Numbered from the stretch's first letter, positions 35,622 to 47,000 are shown. The stretch: 64,000 bases of DNA from an uncultured Phycisphaeraceae bacterium (GCA_964610975.1 CAZSYN010000013.1:1-64000); one strand, 5' to 3'. Program-made: numbers and translations. Notes: generated by a model from the letters alone, not told the origin.

Positions 35622-37493
35622 ATGTCGTTTCTTCCCGCTTTTGATCGGGCAGCGGAGTCCCTGTCACGTAAGGAAACGTGGCGGGAATTTTTTCATACCT
35701 TTACGCCAAAATCGGTGATCTGCTACCAGAACGGGCTGATGAAAAAGAGCCTGGTATCTGATCTGCTGGCGGGGTTGATCGTCGCGATCATCGCCCTGCC
35801 GCTGTCCCTGGCTCTGGCAATCGGCTCAGGCGTAAAGCCTGAACAGGGTCTGTATACGGCGATTATTGCGGGATTTTTGATTTCGTTGCTGGGCGGGTCG
35901 CGTGTGCAGATCGGCGGGCCGACCGGCGCGTTTATGGTGATTGTGGCCGGCATTGTGGGCAAGTATGGCATGCAGGGGCTGGCGATATGCACGCTCATGG
36001 CCGGTGTGATTTTGATCATCATGGGGCTTGCGCGTCTTGGTTCGCTGATCAAATTTATTCCGTATCCGGTGACGACAGGATTTACCAGCGGCATCGCGGT
36101 GATTATTTTTTCATCGCAGGTTAAGGATTTTCTGGGGCTGACCACAACGTGGGCGGCCGAGGGCGGCGTGGTGCGCCACGATCTGCCGGCGGAATTTATT
36201 GATAAATGGCACGTAATTCTGCAATCATTGCCGACAGTCAACTGGCTGACGCTTGGTTTTGGTTTTGGCTCGCTGCTGATATTGATTGCGTTTCGCAAAT
36301 GGGCGCCGCGCATACCGGCCGCGCTGATTGTGGTGGTGGTATCGGCACTGGCCACGGCACTGCTGGGACTTGATTCAGCACACAGAACCGGCGGCCTTGA
36401 GACAATCGGCACTCGTTTTCACCAGATCCCGAATATGCTGCCGAATCCGCATCTGCCCATTGCGCTCTCAAGCTGGGATGATGCCAAAACCGCATGGCAA
36501 ATGGCGCGCTCTTTAATACCGGAAGCAACCACCGTGGCGATGCTCTGCGCGATTGAGTCGCTGCTTTGCGCGGTTGTGGCCGACGGCATGATCGGCGGAC
36601 GCCACAAGAGCAATTGCGAACTGGTGGCGCAGGGCGTGGCGAATGTCGGCTCGGTGATTTTTGGCGGCATTCCGGCAACCGGGGCCATCGCGCGCACCGC
36701 GGCCAACGTAAAATCCGGCGGCCGAACGCCGCTGGCGGGCATTGTTCATGCCGTCACGCTCATGCTGATGATGCTGGTGCTTGCGCCGTATGCGGTGCTG
36801 ATCCCGCTTTCCGTGCTAGCGGCGGTGCTGATACTTGTTTCCTGGAATATGGCGGAGATTGATCATTTTCGCTCTCTGCTTAAAGCGCCGCGAAGCGATG
36901 TGGCCGTTCTGCTGACGACCTTTGGCCTGACGGTACTGGCCGACCTGACTGTGGCCGTGGGCGTGGGCATGATTCTGGCGGCGATATTGTTCATGAAGCG
37001 AATGAGCGATGTGACGGCGCTTGGCACGTTCCGCCAGGAACTTGACGAGAGTTCTGAAGAACTGACGGATGCGAGCGACCCGAACGCCATTTCCGCGCGC
37101 GATGTGCCGGCCGGCGTTGAGGTATACGAAATCAACGGCCCGTTCTTTTTTGGCGTGGCCGACAAGCTCAAAGATACGCTGCGCGAAATTGAAAAACCGC
37201 CGCGCGTGTTCATTCTGCGCATGCGGCGCGTACCGGCGATTGACGCAACCGGACTGCACGCCCTTGAGGAATTTTACAGCAAATGCCGCCGGCAAAATAC
37301 CAAATTGCTGCTGGCCGGCGTACACGCCCAGCCGATGTTTGCGATGACCAAATTCGGCATGCTTGACCAAATCGGCGAAGAGAATATGTTCGGCAATATT
37401 GATGACGCGCTGAGCAAGGCGCGGCAGATCGTCGGCGTGCCGGAACCGGCCGTAAAACCGCAACATCAACCGGAAGTTGCGCGAGAAAAATAA
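35622..37493 (+). CDS. SulP family inorganic anion transporter with C-terminal STAS domain
   Basis: AGGAG Shine-Dalgarno 10 nt before ATG MSFLPAF (the ORF-track start is a GTG 6 nt upstream). SulP TM core and STAS region (VFILRMRRVPAIDATGLHALEEF). Confidence 0.85.
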   Translation: MSFLPAFDRAAESLSRKETWREFFHTFTPKSVICYQNGLMKKSLVSDLLAGLIVAIIALPLSLALAIGSGVKPEQGLYTAIIAGFLISLLGGSRVQIGGPTGAFMVIVAGIVGKYGMQGLAICTLMAGVILIIMGLARLGSLIKFIPYPVTTGFTSGIAVIIFSSQVKDFLGLTTTWAAEGGVVRHDLPAEFIDKWHVILQSLPTVNWLTLGFGFGSLLILIAFRKWAPRIPAALIVVVVSALATALLGLDSAHRTGGLETIGTRFHQIPNMLPNPHLPIALSSWDDAKTAWQMARSLIPEATTVAMLCAIESLLCAVVADGMIGGRHKSNCELVAQGVANVGSVIFGGIPATGAIARTAANVKSGGRTPLAGIVHAVTLMLMMLVLAPYAVLIPLSVLAAVLILVSWNMAEIDHFRSLLKAPRSDVAVLLTTFGLTVLADLTVAVGVGMILAAILFMKRMSDVTALGTFRQELDESSEELTDASDPNAISARDVPAGVEVYEINGPFFFGVADKLKDTLREIEKPPRVFILRMRRVPAIDATGLHALEEFYSKCRRQNTKLLLAGVHAQPMFAMTKFGMLDQIGEENMFGNIDDALSKARQIVGVPEPAVKPQHQPEVAREK

Positions 37494-37506
37494 CGTCATA
37501 AAGATA

Positions 37507-38246
37507 GCCCCAGCCCTTTACGGGCTGGGGTACAAACCAAAGTCACAACACAAAAACATCAGTCTTAATGCAAAAATTCACAAAGTGAATCGTAAGCTCG
37601 TACCCCATCACGCCATGCTGCGGGGTTATCCTTTGCGCACCATCTTGATTTAAAAAGCTATGGTCAATCTATTCAATTCATCGTAAATGCAATTGAATGC
37701 GATCCTCAATCCACATATTCTCGCCATGATGGGGAATGTATTGCTTTACCAGTTTTATCATGTGGTTCATATCTAAAATTTTATTTACCCCTGCGCCGCG
37801 ACTGAACCACTGACCACTCTTTTTTTGGGCATCCTTATTCAGGATATATGTTAATCGTTGTTTGATTTTTGACTTCATTTGCAAAACAGAACTGTCATTT
37901 GACCACCCGATGACAAGGTGAACATGCGTTGAAACAACGGCTACAGCATGAACATGACAGCTAAGAATTTGGTCAAATTCAAGACATTGATGAAGTAATG
38001 TTTTTTGCTGAGCATCAGAAAAACAAAGATTCTGATTCTGAATAAGTGAACGATAATAGTGTGCCAAACCGGCATTCGGATGCTGCCGAAATGCCTGTTT
38101 ACGATTATGGTAACCCTCTTGCTGATCTGGCAGCCAGGAACCGAATGAATGAAAAACAAGGTGATATACGGGCATTTCTTATTAACGCCAAATGTATACT
38201 ACAAAGTCAATCTAGTTCGTACCCCAGCCCGTAAAGGGCCGGGGCT
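37507..38246. mobile_element. REP-RAYT unit: HUH tyrosine transposase-like gene flanked by inverted REP hairpins
   Basis: REP 37507-37530 (GCCCCAGCCC-TTTAC-GGGCTGGGG) and REP 38221-38246 (ACCCCAGCCC-GTAAA-GGGCCGGGGCT, the inverted orientation) bracket the AT-rich ORF 37678..38175, which has an HVH motif and a YIPHHGENMW Tyr region. Confidence 0.6.
37678..38175 (-). CDS. REP-associated tyrosine transposase (RAYT) / IS200-like HUH Y1 transposase-like protein
   Basis: 165 aa; HUH motif THVHLVIGW; C-terminal KQYIPHHGENMW resembles the Tyr-containing motif (YIYINPVKHGW) of E. coli RAYT. Marked AT-richness relative to the surroundings. Confidence 0.6.
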   Translation of the reverse strand: MPVYHLVFHSFGSWLPDQQEGYHNRKQAFRQHPNAGLAHYYRSLIQNQNLCFSDAQQKTLLHQCLEFDQILSCHVHAVAVVSTHVHLVIGWSNDSSVLQMKSKIKQRLTYILNKDAQKKSGQWFSRGAGVNKILDMNHMIKLVKQYIPHHGENMWIEDRIQLHLR

Positions 38247-38254
38247 ATCTTTAC

Positions 38255-39145
38255 TTACTTGATTGAATAATTTGAGGTGTCGCGCGTGGGGACCATGATG
38301 TAGTCATCAAGGCTTGGCGCGCCGACGGTTGAGGCGTCTGCCGGCAACTGGCCGGCCGTGCTGATGCCGGCGGTATCCGTGGTGCTGCCGCTCTTTTTAA
38401 GCGTAAAAATATTGTCATCAAGCGGGCCTACTTTGGGATTCTGCGACCACTGAACATGGTTATCGGCAAAGGACACATTCTGGCCTGCGCCCTCATGATT
38501 GTCGGAATTGGCAATTTTGCCGGTGCCTTTTGAGGGATCTTTGTAATTGCCGTCTGAAAACGGCGCCATATCGCTGGCCACCGGACGGTTGCTGTCCATT
38601 GTGTTACGCCACCAGGGTCCGCGTGATGATGAGGCCCAGGGATAAACGACGGAATAGGAAATCTGCGTATAGCTCTGAAAACCATCGTAATAAAGTGTGC
38701 CGTCACGCACGGCCGCGGGAGCGCCGGCGATACGGTCTGATTTACAGAGGAAAAGTTTGGTCTGATTGCCCATGCCGGCCAACAGGAAAAACGGCGAAAA
38801 CGCATCGCCCTGATGCGATGAGTTATTCAAGACATAGCTGTACATTAAATCAAGGCTGGTAAGCGATGATAAAGCAGAGTGGTTTGTGCCGGCGGTATAA
38901 CGATACGGCGGCGGCTCACCATTGCCATATACCGGTCCGACACTGACGGGATACTCGTCATTATTTTCGTTGCCGTACAGGATAAAGAGCTGCGTGATGC
39001 TGCGTAAATTGGACGCACAGTGAACGCGATTGGCCATTTCCTTCGCACGGCCAAGCGACGGAAGCATAATGGACATCAGGAGCGCGATAATAGAAACGAC
39101 GACCAGGAGCTCAATTAAAGTAAAACCACGCTGTGCCTGCCTCAT
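38255..39145 (-). CDS. Prepilin-type N-terminal cleavage/methylation domain protein, DUF1559 family pseudopilin
   Basis: MRQAQRGFTLIELLVVVSIIALLMSIMLPSL N-terminus; C-terminal FADNHVQW (DUF1559-like). Confidence 0.8.
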   Translation of the reverse strand: MRQAQRGFTLIELLVVVSIIALLMSIMLPSLGRAKEMANRVHCASNLRSITQLFILYGNENNDEYPVSVGPVYGNGEPPPYRYTAGTNHSALSSLTSLDLMYSYVLNNSSHQGDAFSPFFLLAGMGNQTKLFLCKSDRIAGAPAAVRDGTLYYDGFQSYTQISYSVVYPWASSSRGPWWRNTMDSNRPVASDMAPFSDGNYKDPSKGTGKIANSDNHEGAGQNVSFADNHVQWSQNPKVGPLDDNIFTLKKSGSTTDTAGISTAGQLPADASTVGAPSLDDYIMVPTRDTSNYSIK

Positions 39146-39322
39146 AACGTATCTCGCTTGCGAAGTGTACATGTTTCTGCCATCAGTTTAACGCCACGCA
39201 ACCATAAACGCGACCCTCAAATCAGAGGACTGGCGAATCTATAAAACTTGCCAGAACCCGTGTGATGTATGATGATGCTTGCCGTTTTAAGATTGCCGTG
39301 ACAAAAATTTGAAGGAAGCCTT

Positions 39323-40753
39323 ATGGCAAGGATGTCATACAGAAATCTGGTCCACGCCCTATTACTGGCCACAATCGGATTTGGCGGCGCTTGCCGCGGA
39401 CAATCCATTGAGGCCAGGCTCAACAATATTCTCAATAATCAACAACTCAAAAAGGCCTCCGTCGGCGTGCAGGTGGTAGAAATTACCGCCGGCGGGCCGG
39501 TTGAGATTTTTTCGCATAACAGTAGCACGCTTCTGGGCCCGGCAAGTTGCACAAAATTGATCACCACCGCCGCGGCATTTGAGGCCTGGGGCCCGCAACA
39601 TGGGATGAAGACGCAACTGCTCAGGACGGGCGAAGATCTGATTTTGCTGGGCACGGGTGATCCGGGTCTTGGCGATACTAAAATCGCGGCGGCCCATGAT
39701 GAGGATATCACCGCGCCTTTTGACGCTTTTGCCAAAAGATTGCAGGCGCTGGGGGTCAAACAGGTACGCCATCTACTGATTGATGACCGTGCGCTTGATC
39801 AGCAGTTTGTGCATCCGAATTGGCCTGCGGATCAGCGGCTGGCGTGGTATCAGGCTCCGGTGGGCGCGCTGAATTTTAATGTGAATTGTCTTGACTGGCG
39901 GCCACTGGCGACGTCAAAAGGAGTCGGCATTGATCTGATTCCGGATAATACGTATGTCAGCGTGAGCATTGCGGCCAAACTGGGTAAAGAGCAAAAGGTA
40001 TGGCTGTGGCGGCCGGCGGAGAGCAATCAATTTCAGATGCGCGGAACCGTGGCGGGCAGCGCGCGCGAAGCGGAAAGCGTGACGATTGTTGACCCGGGAA
40101 TGTGGACAGGGACCATTCTGCGCGACCGGCTGGCGCGCGCGGGAATCAACGTCAGCGGAACAGTCAAGCGAATTGACACGCCGGGGACCATCCGCGCGGA
40201 ACTGATTGCCGAACACGAAACAAAACTGATTGATGTGATCAACCGGGCCAATCGCAATTCAATCAACATGATGGCCGAAACGCTCTGCAAGAGACTTGGC
40301 CACGCCAGTACGCAGCAGACTGGTACGTGGGAATCAGGCATTGCGGCGATTCACGCATGGGCCAAAAAGATCGGCGTATCAGAAAATCTCATTGATATGG
40401 ACGATGGCAGCGGGCTGTCTCCGAAGAACCGGATTGCGGCCGAGGCTTTTACCCATATTCTCGCGCATGTGGCGGCGCGGCCTGACGGGGAATTGTTTAT
40501 TGACAGCCTTGCCGCGCCGGGAGAAGACGGCACACTGCAACGAAGATTCAAAGGAATGGCATGCGCGAAATTTGTTCATGCCAAAACGGGCCATATTAAA
40601 GGTGTTTCGTCGCTTTCCGGATATGTGCAGGCGGGACAGCGACGGTTTGCTTTTTCCATTTTGTGTAATAAATATGTCGGGAATGTCAATCCGCTTCAGG
40701 ATCAGATGGTGCAGCAGATTTTTGATTGGGCTGGCGGAGTTCGCGCGCGGTGA
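39323..40753 (+). CDS. dacB: D-alanyl-D-alanine carboxypeptidase/endopeptidase (PBP4, peptidase S13)
   Basis: AAGGAAG Shine-Dalgarno; SxxK (ASCTKL), SxN (DGSGLS) and KTG (HAKTGHIKG) motifs in correct order. Confidence 0.85.
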   Translation: MARMSYRNLVHALLLATIGFGGACRGQSIEARLNNILNNQQLKKASVGVQVVEITAGGPVEIFSHNSSTLLGPASCTKLITTAAAFEAWGPQHGMKTQLLRTGEDLILLGTGDPGLGDTKIAAAHDEDITAPFDAFAKRLQALGVKQVRHLLIDDRALDQQFVHPNWPADQRLAWYQAPVGALNFNVNCLDWRPLATSKGVGIDLIPDNTYVSVSIAAKLGKEQKVWLWRPAESNQFQMRGTVAGSAREAESVTIVDPGMWTGTILRDRLARAGINVSGTVKRIDTPGTIRAELIAEHETKLIDVINRANRNSINMMAETLCKRLGHASTQQTGTWESGIAAIHAWAKKIGVSENLIDMDDGSGLSPKNRIAAEAFTHILAHVAARPDGELFIDSLAAPGEDGTLQRRFKGMACAKFVHAKTGHIKGVSSLSGYVQAGQRRFAFSILCNKYVGNVNPLQDQMVQQIFDWAGGVRAR

Positions 40754-40840
40754 TAAGATGGCGCGTGGGGAAATTGAGGCTCAAGGTTCATAACTTTGAG
40801 ATGAACAAAAACAGCAGGCAAAAAGAAGCGGAATCACACC

Positions 40841-41452
40841 ATGACAAACCGATGGGACACGATTGTGCAGGTGGTGACGAAGGCGCTTACGCCCCGGCCG
40901 GGGAATTTGCAGGAAACGTCCCGGTATTCGGTGGATCGCTCGCTACGACTGATACGGTATATGGAAAAAATCGCCGCAACGCTGCCTGACGAGGTGCGCC
41001 CGGAGCAACTTGAACTTGGCAAAGTGGCGGCGCTATTTTGCCCGCTGTCAAATAACACAGATATTTCGGACGCAACGGAATTTGCATCTGATATTTTGCA
41101 GCAGCACCTGGCTGAGCCGGAAATTGACACGGTGCTGACGATTCTGCGTGAGTACCGGGTCAAAAATGCGAAGCTGGCCGAAGCGCGTCTGCTGGCCGAT
41201 GCGGTGGCGCTTGAGGATTTTGGCATGGTCGGCTTCTGGAATCAGACGCGATCTCCGCAATCGGCCGGCAAAACGCTTGAGCAATACATTAAAATGTTCC
41301 GCACGCAACATGATTATGGTTACTGGACATCGCGGCTGCGTGACGGATTTTATTATCCGGCATCGCGGCGCACGGCAACGGATCGGCTGGCCAACCTGGC
41401 CAAAGTGTATCAGGAAATTGAGCGTCAGCACCTGGCTGAGGACATACATTAA
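40841..41452 (+). CDS. Hypothetical protein (203 aa)
   Basis: ATG start; stop overlaps the start of the next gene (TAATG), suggesting translational coupling. Confidence 0.45.
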   Translation: MTNRWDTIVQVVTKALTPRPGNLQETSRYSVDRSLRLIRYMEKIAATLPDEVRPEQLELGKVAALFCPLSNNTDISDATEFASDILQQHLAEPEIDTVLTILREYRVKNAKLAEARLLADAVALEDFGMVGFWNQTRSPQSAGKTLEQYIKMFRTQHDYGYWTSRLRDGFYYPASRRTATDRLANLAKVYQEIERQHLAEDIH

Positions 41453-42732
41453 TGGCGCATGAACCGGTGATTCTCAGCGCTCAATGGGTGATGCCGGTCT
41501 GCGGAGCGGCCATTGATGGCGGCGCGGTAGTAATTGAGAATGGCCGCATTGCGGCGGTCGGGAAGCTGGCGGATATTCAGCGGCAATTTCCCGGCGCGCG
41601 CCATGAAAATTTTGCGGGTCATGCCCTGCTGCCGGGATTGGTCAATGCGCATACGCATCTTGAACTGGGATATCTGCGCGGCGCAATTTCCCCGAGCCAT
41701 TTTGTTGACTGGGTACTGCGGCTGATCAAGCTCAGCGGCAAGGTTCAGGATGTGGCGCAAACCGTAGGCGAATCTGTACGCGCCGGGATAGCGGAAAGCC
41801 TGCGCGCAGGCGTGACGACACTTGGCGATATCAGCAAGCAGATCAATGAGTCACGTATTGCGGCAAAAAACGGACCGGCGCGTATTGTGAGTTTTGGCGA
41901 ACTTCAGGTGCTGGGGAGAAAGCGTGATTTGCTTGATGAGCGGCTATCGGTTGCGGCCGATGAACGCCACAATTCTCCCACGCTCAGCACGGGTATTTCT
42001 CCGCATGCGCCGTATACCGTTGAGGGGCCGGCGCTGAAGAAAATTCTGGCGCTTGCGGATGAAAAAAAATTGCCAATCTGCATGCATCTTGCGGAACTTG
42101 CGGAAGAACGTGAGTTTCTGCAAAATCTTTCGGGCCGAATTCGCGAAGCGTGGGATAGCGCGGGTATTGCCGCATATCTGCTTGATGACAAGGTACCGAT
42201 TTTTAATGACGGGCCGATCAAATGGGCGGCGCATTGGGGATTGCTGGCGGCGAGTCATCCCGCGCCAGTGCTGCTGGCGCATGTCAATTACGCCACGGAT
42301 GAGGAACTTGATCTGCTGGCGCAAAGCGATGCGCATGTGGCCTATTGCCCGCGCACGCGGCACTTTTTTGGCCATGACGCCGCATCGCGGCATCCTTTTG
42401 AAAAAATGCTCTCACGCGGAATCAATGTGTGCCTGGGCACGGATTCTCTGGCAAGCAATCCTGATCTGTCATTGCTGAAGGAAGCGGCTTTTGTCGCCAA
42501 ATTATTCCCGCAAGTTCCGCACGACATTATTCTTGAGATGATCACCACGCGCGGCGCGCGTGCGCTGGGGTTAAGCAAGCAGGTCGGCGCAATTGCGGCC
42601 GGGATGAATGCGGACATCATCGCTCTGCCGCTGCCGGAAAATTGCCGCGACGCATCAGCCGCGCTGAGCCATATCATCACAACAGCGCCGGTGCCGAGCC
42701 ATGTGTGGGTCAGCGGAAAGCTATTGTGTTGA
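41452..42732 (+). CDS. Amidohydrolase family protein (MtaD/SsnA/chlorohydrolase-like metal-dependent deaminase)
   Basis: LPGLVNAHTHLELG metal-binding HxH motif near N-terminus; 426 aa TIM-barrel amidohydrolase architecture; downstream conserved D near C-terminus (CLGTDSLASN). Confidence 0.75.
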   Translation: MAHEPVILSAQWVMPVCGAAIDGGAVVIENGRIAAVGKLADIQRQFPGARHENFAGHALLPGLVNAHTHLELGYLRGAISPSHFVDWVLRLIKLSGKVQDVAQTVGESVRAGIAESLRAGVTTLGDISKQINESRIAAKNGPARIVSFGELQVLGRKRDLLDERLSVAADERHNSPTLSTGISPHAPYTVEGPALKKILALADEKKLPICMHLAELAEEREFLQNLSGRIREAWDSAGIAAYLLDDKVPIFNDGPIKWAAHWGLLAASHPAPVLLAHVNYATDEELDLLAQSDAHVAYCPRTRHFFGHDAASRHPFEKMLSRGINVCLGTDSLASNPDLSLLKEAAFVAKLFPQVPHDIILEMITTRGARALGLSKQVGAIAAGMNADIIALPLPENCRDASAALSHIITTAPVPSHVWVSGKLLC

Positions 42733-43869
42733 GATCAGCCGCAACGGCGTGCCGGAAGCCAGGCGGCAAACGCCGGCAAATTGGGCGATAGTGCGGGTCA
42801 TTTCGTGACGTTCACGCATCAGTTGCTGGCCGCGGCGGGCAATCGCGGCGGCATACGCGCGATCTTCAATCAGCTTAAGCAAAACGTGATACCAGGCATC
42901 GGCATTGGCGTCTTTGACGATGCGGCAGGTGACTTCGTCACGCAGATAATCGGCGGCGTGATTTGGCGTGGCGACTACGCACAATCCTTTTGCCATTGCC
43001 TCAAGCGTGCGGTACTGAACGCGCGCCACCGGCAGAACATGCATGTATAAATCGCCGTGCATGAGCAATTGTTCGGCATCCTGCTGATACGGAACAAAGG
43101 AAAGGCGATCAAGCAGGCCTATTTTTTCGGCCAGTTGCCATATGGGATGCTCAGCCCGGCCGGTGTCGTAGGCAAAAAGCAGGAAGTCCTTTTTTTCATC
43201 AGCAAGGCGCTTGCTGGCGCGAATAAGCGACTCATAAGCGGGCACCTGCGAAAGCGGATCAAGCGAAACAAGACAGGCCACCTGCTCAGGAACGTCATAA
43301 CAGGCCTGAGTTTCGTCACAGTATACGCCAGGGTGAATCAGCGTCACCGGGTGGCGATAGTCGGTGGGTATGCGGGTCTGAATCGGCTCAGAAGCGACAA
43401 CAACGTGACGAACCTGCGGCAGGCATGTCAACGGAGCAAAAAGTTCGGAAGCATCCCAGCACCAGATGACCATCGGAATGCCCGGCGGAGCAACCGTATC
43501 TGCCGGCAACGCGCTTTGCAGTGCCTGAATCGGCAGCGGATCGGCCGTCCCCCAGGCCAAAAGAATATCCGGCATATCTTCCGTCAACGCATCAATGATA
43601 CCTGAAAGACGTATTCTCTGAATAAAACCGACCCGCTCCCAGCGTGACCAGCGATAGGTTAACGTTTGTGAACCAAGTAACGGCAAGTAGCTGATATCAA
43701 GATCGGCGGGCGCAATAAAAGTGACCCGGTGGCCATCCGATTTAAGCCCCATGACCAAATGGCGTACAAAAGCCCCCTCCGAAGCCATCATGGCAGCATC
43801 AAGCCAAATGGCGATGTGCATGGCATCGTTCGCGCGGGCAGCGGAAGTTGTATCGGCCGGCTCAATCAT
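42721..43869 (-). CDS. Glycosyltransferase family 4 (GT-B fold)
   Basis: C-terminal EAMAKGLCVVAT motif typical of GT4 (E-x7-E region); 382 aa. Its 3' end overlaps the converging amidohydrolase gene by 12 nt. Confidence 0.6.
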   Translation of the reverse strand: MIEPADTTSAARANDAMHIAIWLDAAMMASEGAFVRHLVMGLKSDGHRVTFIAPADLDISYLPLLGSQTLTYRWSRWERVGFIQRIRLSGIIDALTEDMPDILLAWGTADPLPIQALQSALPADTVAPPGIPMVIWCWDASELFAPLTCLPQVRHVVVASEPIQTRIPTDYRHPVTLIHPGVYCDETQACYDVPEQVACLVSLDPLSQVPAYESLIRASKRLADEKKDFLLFAYDTGRAEHPIWQLAEKIGLLDRLSFVPYQQDAEQLLMHGDLYMHVLPVARVQYRTLEAMAKGLCVVATPNHAADYLRDEVTCRIVKDANADAWYHVLLKLIEDRAYAAAIARRGQQLMRERHEMTRTIAQFAGVCRLASGTPLRLISTQ

Positions 43870-44043
43870 GACATCACCAGTATCGGTCGATAAAAATCAG
43901 ATACATGAGGTGTACTACTTCTAGTTTAGCCCCGTTTAAGTTCATTATCGGCGTAATTCCGATGAAATTTCGGCAAAAATTGAGCAACATCGCCGGCGAT
44001 AAGGCGTTAAAATGGTGAATGTTGCATCACGAAAGGCTCAGGT

Positions 44044-47000
44044 ATGACTACGGAAACGGAATTGGCTCCGGAATTTCGCCCTATTGCGGTACGGCTTGAG
44101 GGCGCCGGTTCTCAGTTTCGTCTGGGACGTTTACTGGCCGGTATGGGCCAATGGCTGGCCGCGGCGATCACTACTTTTGTGGCGGCATTTTTTTTGGCAG
44201 GTTATTTTCAGCTTCCGGGATGGGTTAATGTTGCCATTCTGGTTGCCGTGGCGGCATCTTTAATCTGGGCATACCTGGCGTATCTGCATGCGCCGCTCTG
44301 GCAGCGCCCTACTTATGGACAAATCGCCCGGTGGGTTGAGGAAAACGGCGCGGCGCAGGGCGTTGAGCTGCACAATGAATTTATCAACGCGGTTTTGCTT
44401 GCCCAACAAACAGGAAATCACAATCGGCCGCTCTCAGACGCTCTGCTTTCGGAACTTGACGACGCCACGGCGCATGTTGAACTCGGCGCGACGGTTCCGT
44501 GGAAAACATATCGTAAGGCGATTTATCGTTCGTTGTTGCTGGTGGCGATCTGTCTTGTGCCGGTATTTGCCAAAACATCCGTCTTTGTTCATGGCGCGCG
44601 CGTGCTGGCGCATCCTATGCATTTTGTGCCGGTGACCGGTTCTGTGCGGATTATCTCCGTTGAGCCTGGCAATGATGTGGTGTTGGCCGGGCAGGCGGTT
44701 AATTTTTCAGTCAAGGTTGAGGCGCCCAATCAAAATGTGGTTGATGCGCAGATCACGCTGAAGTTTGCCGGCGGCAAAGTGGCCACATATCCCATGAATG
44801 TTTTCGGCAGCGATAACACGCAGTATCGCTATACGCTTACGACCGCGGCGGAAGATGCGGAGTACGTCATCACGGCCGGCGACAGCCAGTCTGAGCGTTA
44901 CCGACTTCAGGTCATGCCGCAGATTCATATGATGTCCTATCAGCTCAGCATCACGCCGCCGGCATATACCGGCAAGGAAGCAAGCAAAGTGACATTAAGC
45001 GGCAAGGATATGTCGGCCGCAAGAGCATCATGCGAAGTGCCGATCGGAAGCAGGCTTGAGATCACCGCTGCCGTTGATATCCCGATGAAGGAGGCAATCA
45101 CTGAAATTCAGGGCGTGCAGCCGGCCGGCATGATCCCCAGCGCGGACGCTAAAAATTTCAGTACCAGTTTTACCATTCGCAAAGATATCAAGTACGCCGT
45201 GCGTTTTAATGACGGCAATGGGCGAACGCTGCTGCGTTTCCCGGAAGAATCATCAGGACAGGCCGGCGATTTTATTTCCGTTCGCGCAGTAGCGGACGAG
45301 GCGCCGACAGTAGTGGTCAGCGAGCCTGGCCGCGATGTTGACGCCAAACCGGGACAAAGCGTGGCGCTTGGTGTTCAGGCTAATGACGATTACGGGCTGA
45401 CGGAATTGCGTCTTGAATTGGCGCGCGGCAAGGATGGGGAATTTGCGATCGCCAAATCGTGGCCGATAAAAGCCGGCGCCGACGGCAAACCGGCCAAAGC
45501 CGCAACCATGCGGTATTTGCTGGAGTTGCCGGCCGATCAATACAAATTCGGCGACATTGTGCGCTATCGTTTTGTGGCCGTTGATAATCGCGTCATCACG
45601 GACGCAACCCCGGCGATGGGCCCTCAGGTCACACAGGGTCAAGTATTCAGCATCACGCTTAACGATGCCGCGGCCGCGGCAGCCAGGAGCGGCAAACTTT
45701 GGGAAGAACTGCACAAAAAAATTAACGAGCTGCGTGATCAGCAAATTGCTCTGCGCACGCAGACGGATGGCGTGGCGGCGGCCAAAGGGATGCCGGTCAT
45801 CAAGGATATCGCCGTTAACGTTGCCAAAGGCCAGCAGTCTTTGCAAAAAAAGATCAAAGACCTGGCGGCGAATTTTCCTTTTGAATCCGGCATGAAAATG
45901 ATTCAAAAAGCACTGCAAGTGCTGTCTGTTGAGGATGCCGCAACGGCCATTGACCGCGCCAATGATCTCTCGGCGCTCTCCGATCTCAAGACGGTTCCGC
46001 CGATGGCCATGAAATTGCGCACCACGCAATCACGCATTATTGACGTGCTTGATTCTCTGCTGGCGATTGCGGCGGCGCAGGAAGAAAAAGCCAAATCGGC
46101 CGCGGATAAAGACGGCGGCGATCTGCCGATGACGCCGGCCGAAGCGTGGAAAAAGCTCGCGGATGATCTCAAGGATTTTGCCAAGCAGCAACAGAAAGTG
46201 ATTGATACTTCAGCGGAACTGGCCAAAAAGCCAAAAGATGATTTTACAAAAGAAGACGAAGAAAAACTCAAAAATCTGATAGCAACAGAAGACAAGTGGG
46301 AAAAATTTCTCTCGCAGCGCATTGCCGACATGAGCAAAATTGCCGAGCAGGATCAGGCCAACGTGAGCCTGATGGAAGAACTCGTGCAGATGAAAGTTGA
46401 ACTGGCAATGGCCAAAGATGCGCTGCAAAATAAGCAAATGGAGATCGCAACATCGCTTGAAGATAACGGTCTTGAGAGCGCCAAGGAACTCACGACGCAT
46501 CTTGAGCGGTGGCTACAGCAGGAACCGGATCGCAAACAGTGGCAAATGGAAGAACCGCTGACGCAGAATGACCAGAACATGGCCGAGTTGCCCAAGCAAT
46601 TGCAGGATATGGTCAGTGACTTAATGGACAGCGAAGAAGACGTCACCGAAGAAATGGAGGATCTGGGCAGCAAATGGGCGGATTCTCTTGATAAGGGCGC
46701 CGGCTGGGATGCGATGGACGGACCAATTTCAAATATGAGCGCCCAGGGCGTAACGGGCAACCAGTTGCCGAATAACAATGAGATTCAGGGCCGCAGCGGC
46801 GAAGGCCGCGAAGGCCGGGCCAGCGGCGAAATGGTCGGCGCTGAGGCCGAAGGCAAAGGCGGCCGGCGCACGCCGACACGCATGACGCCTGAACCATTCT
46901 CAAACGGTAAAGTGGATGATAAGAGCAAGGAACCAGCCGGCGGAGCAACCGGCGGCGGCAAAAAAGCGGGCTTCGGCGGCGAAGGACTTGAGGGCCCCGC

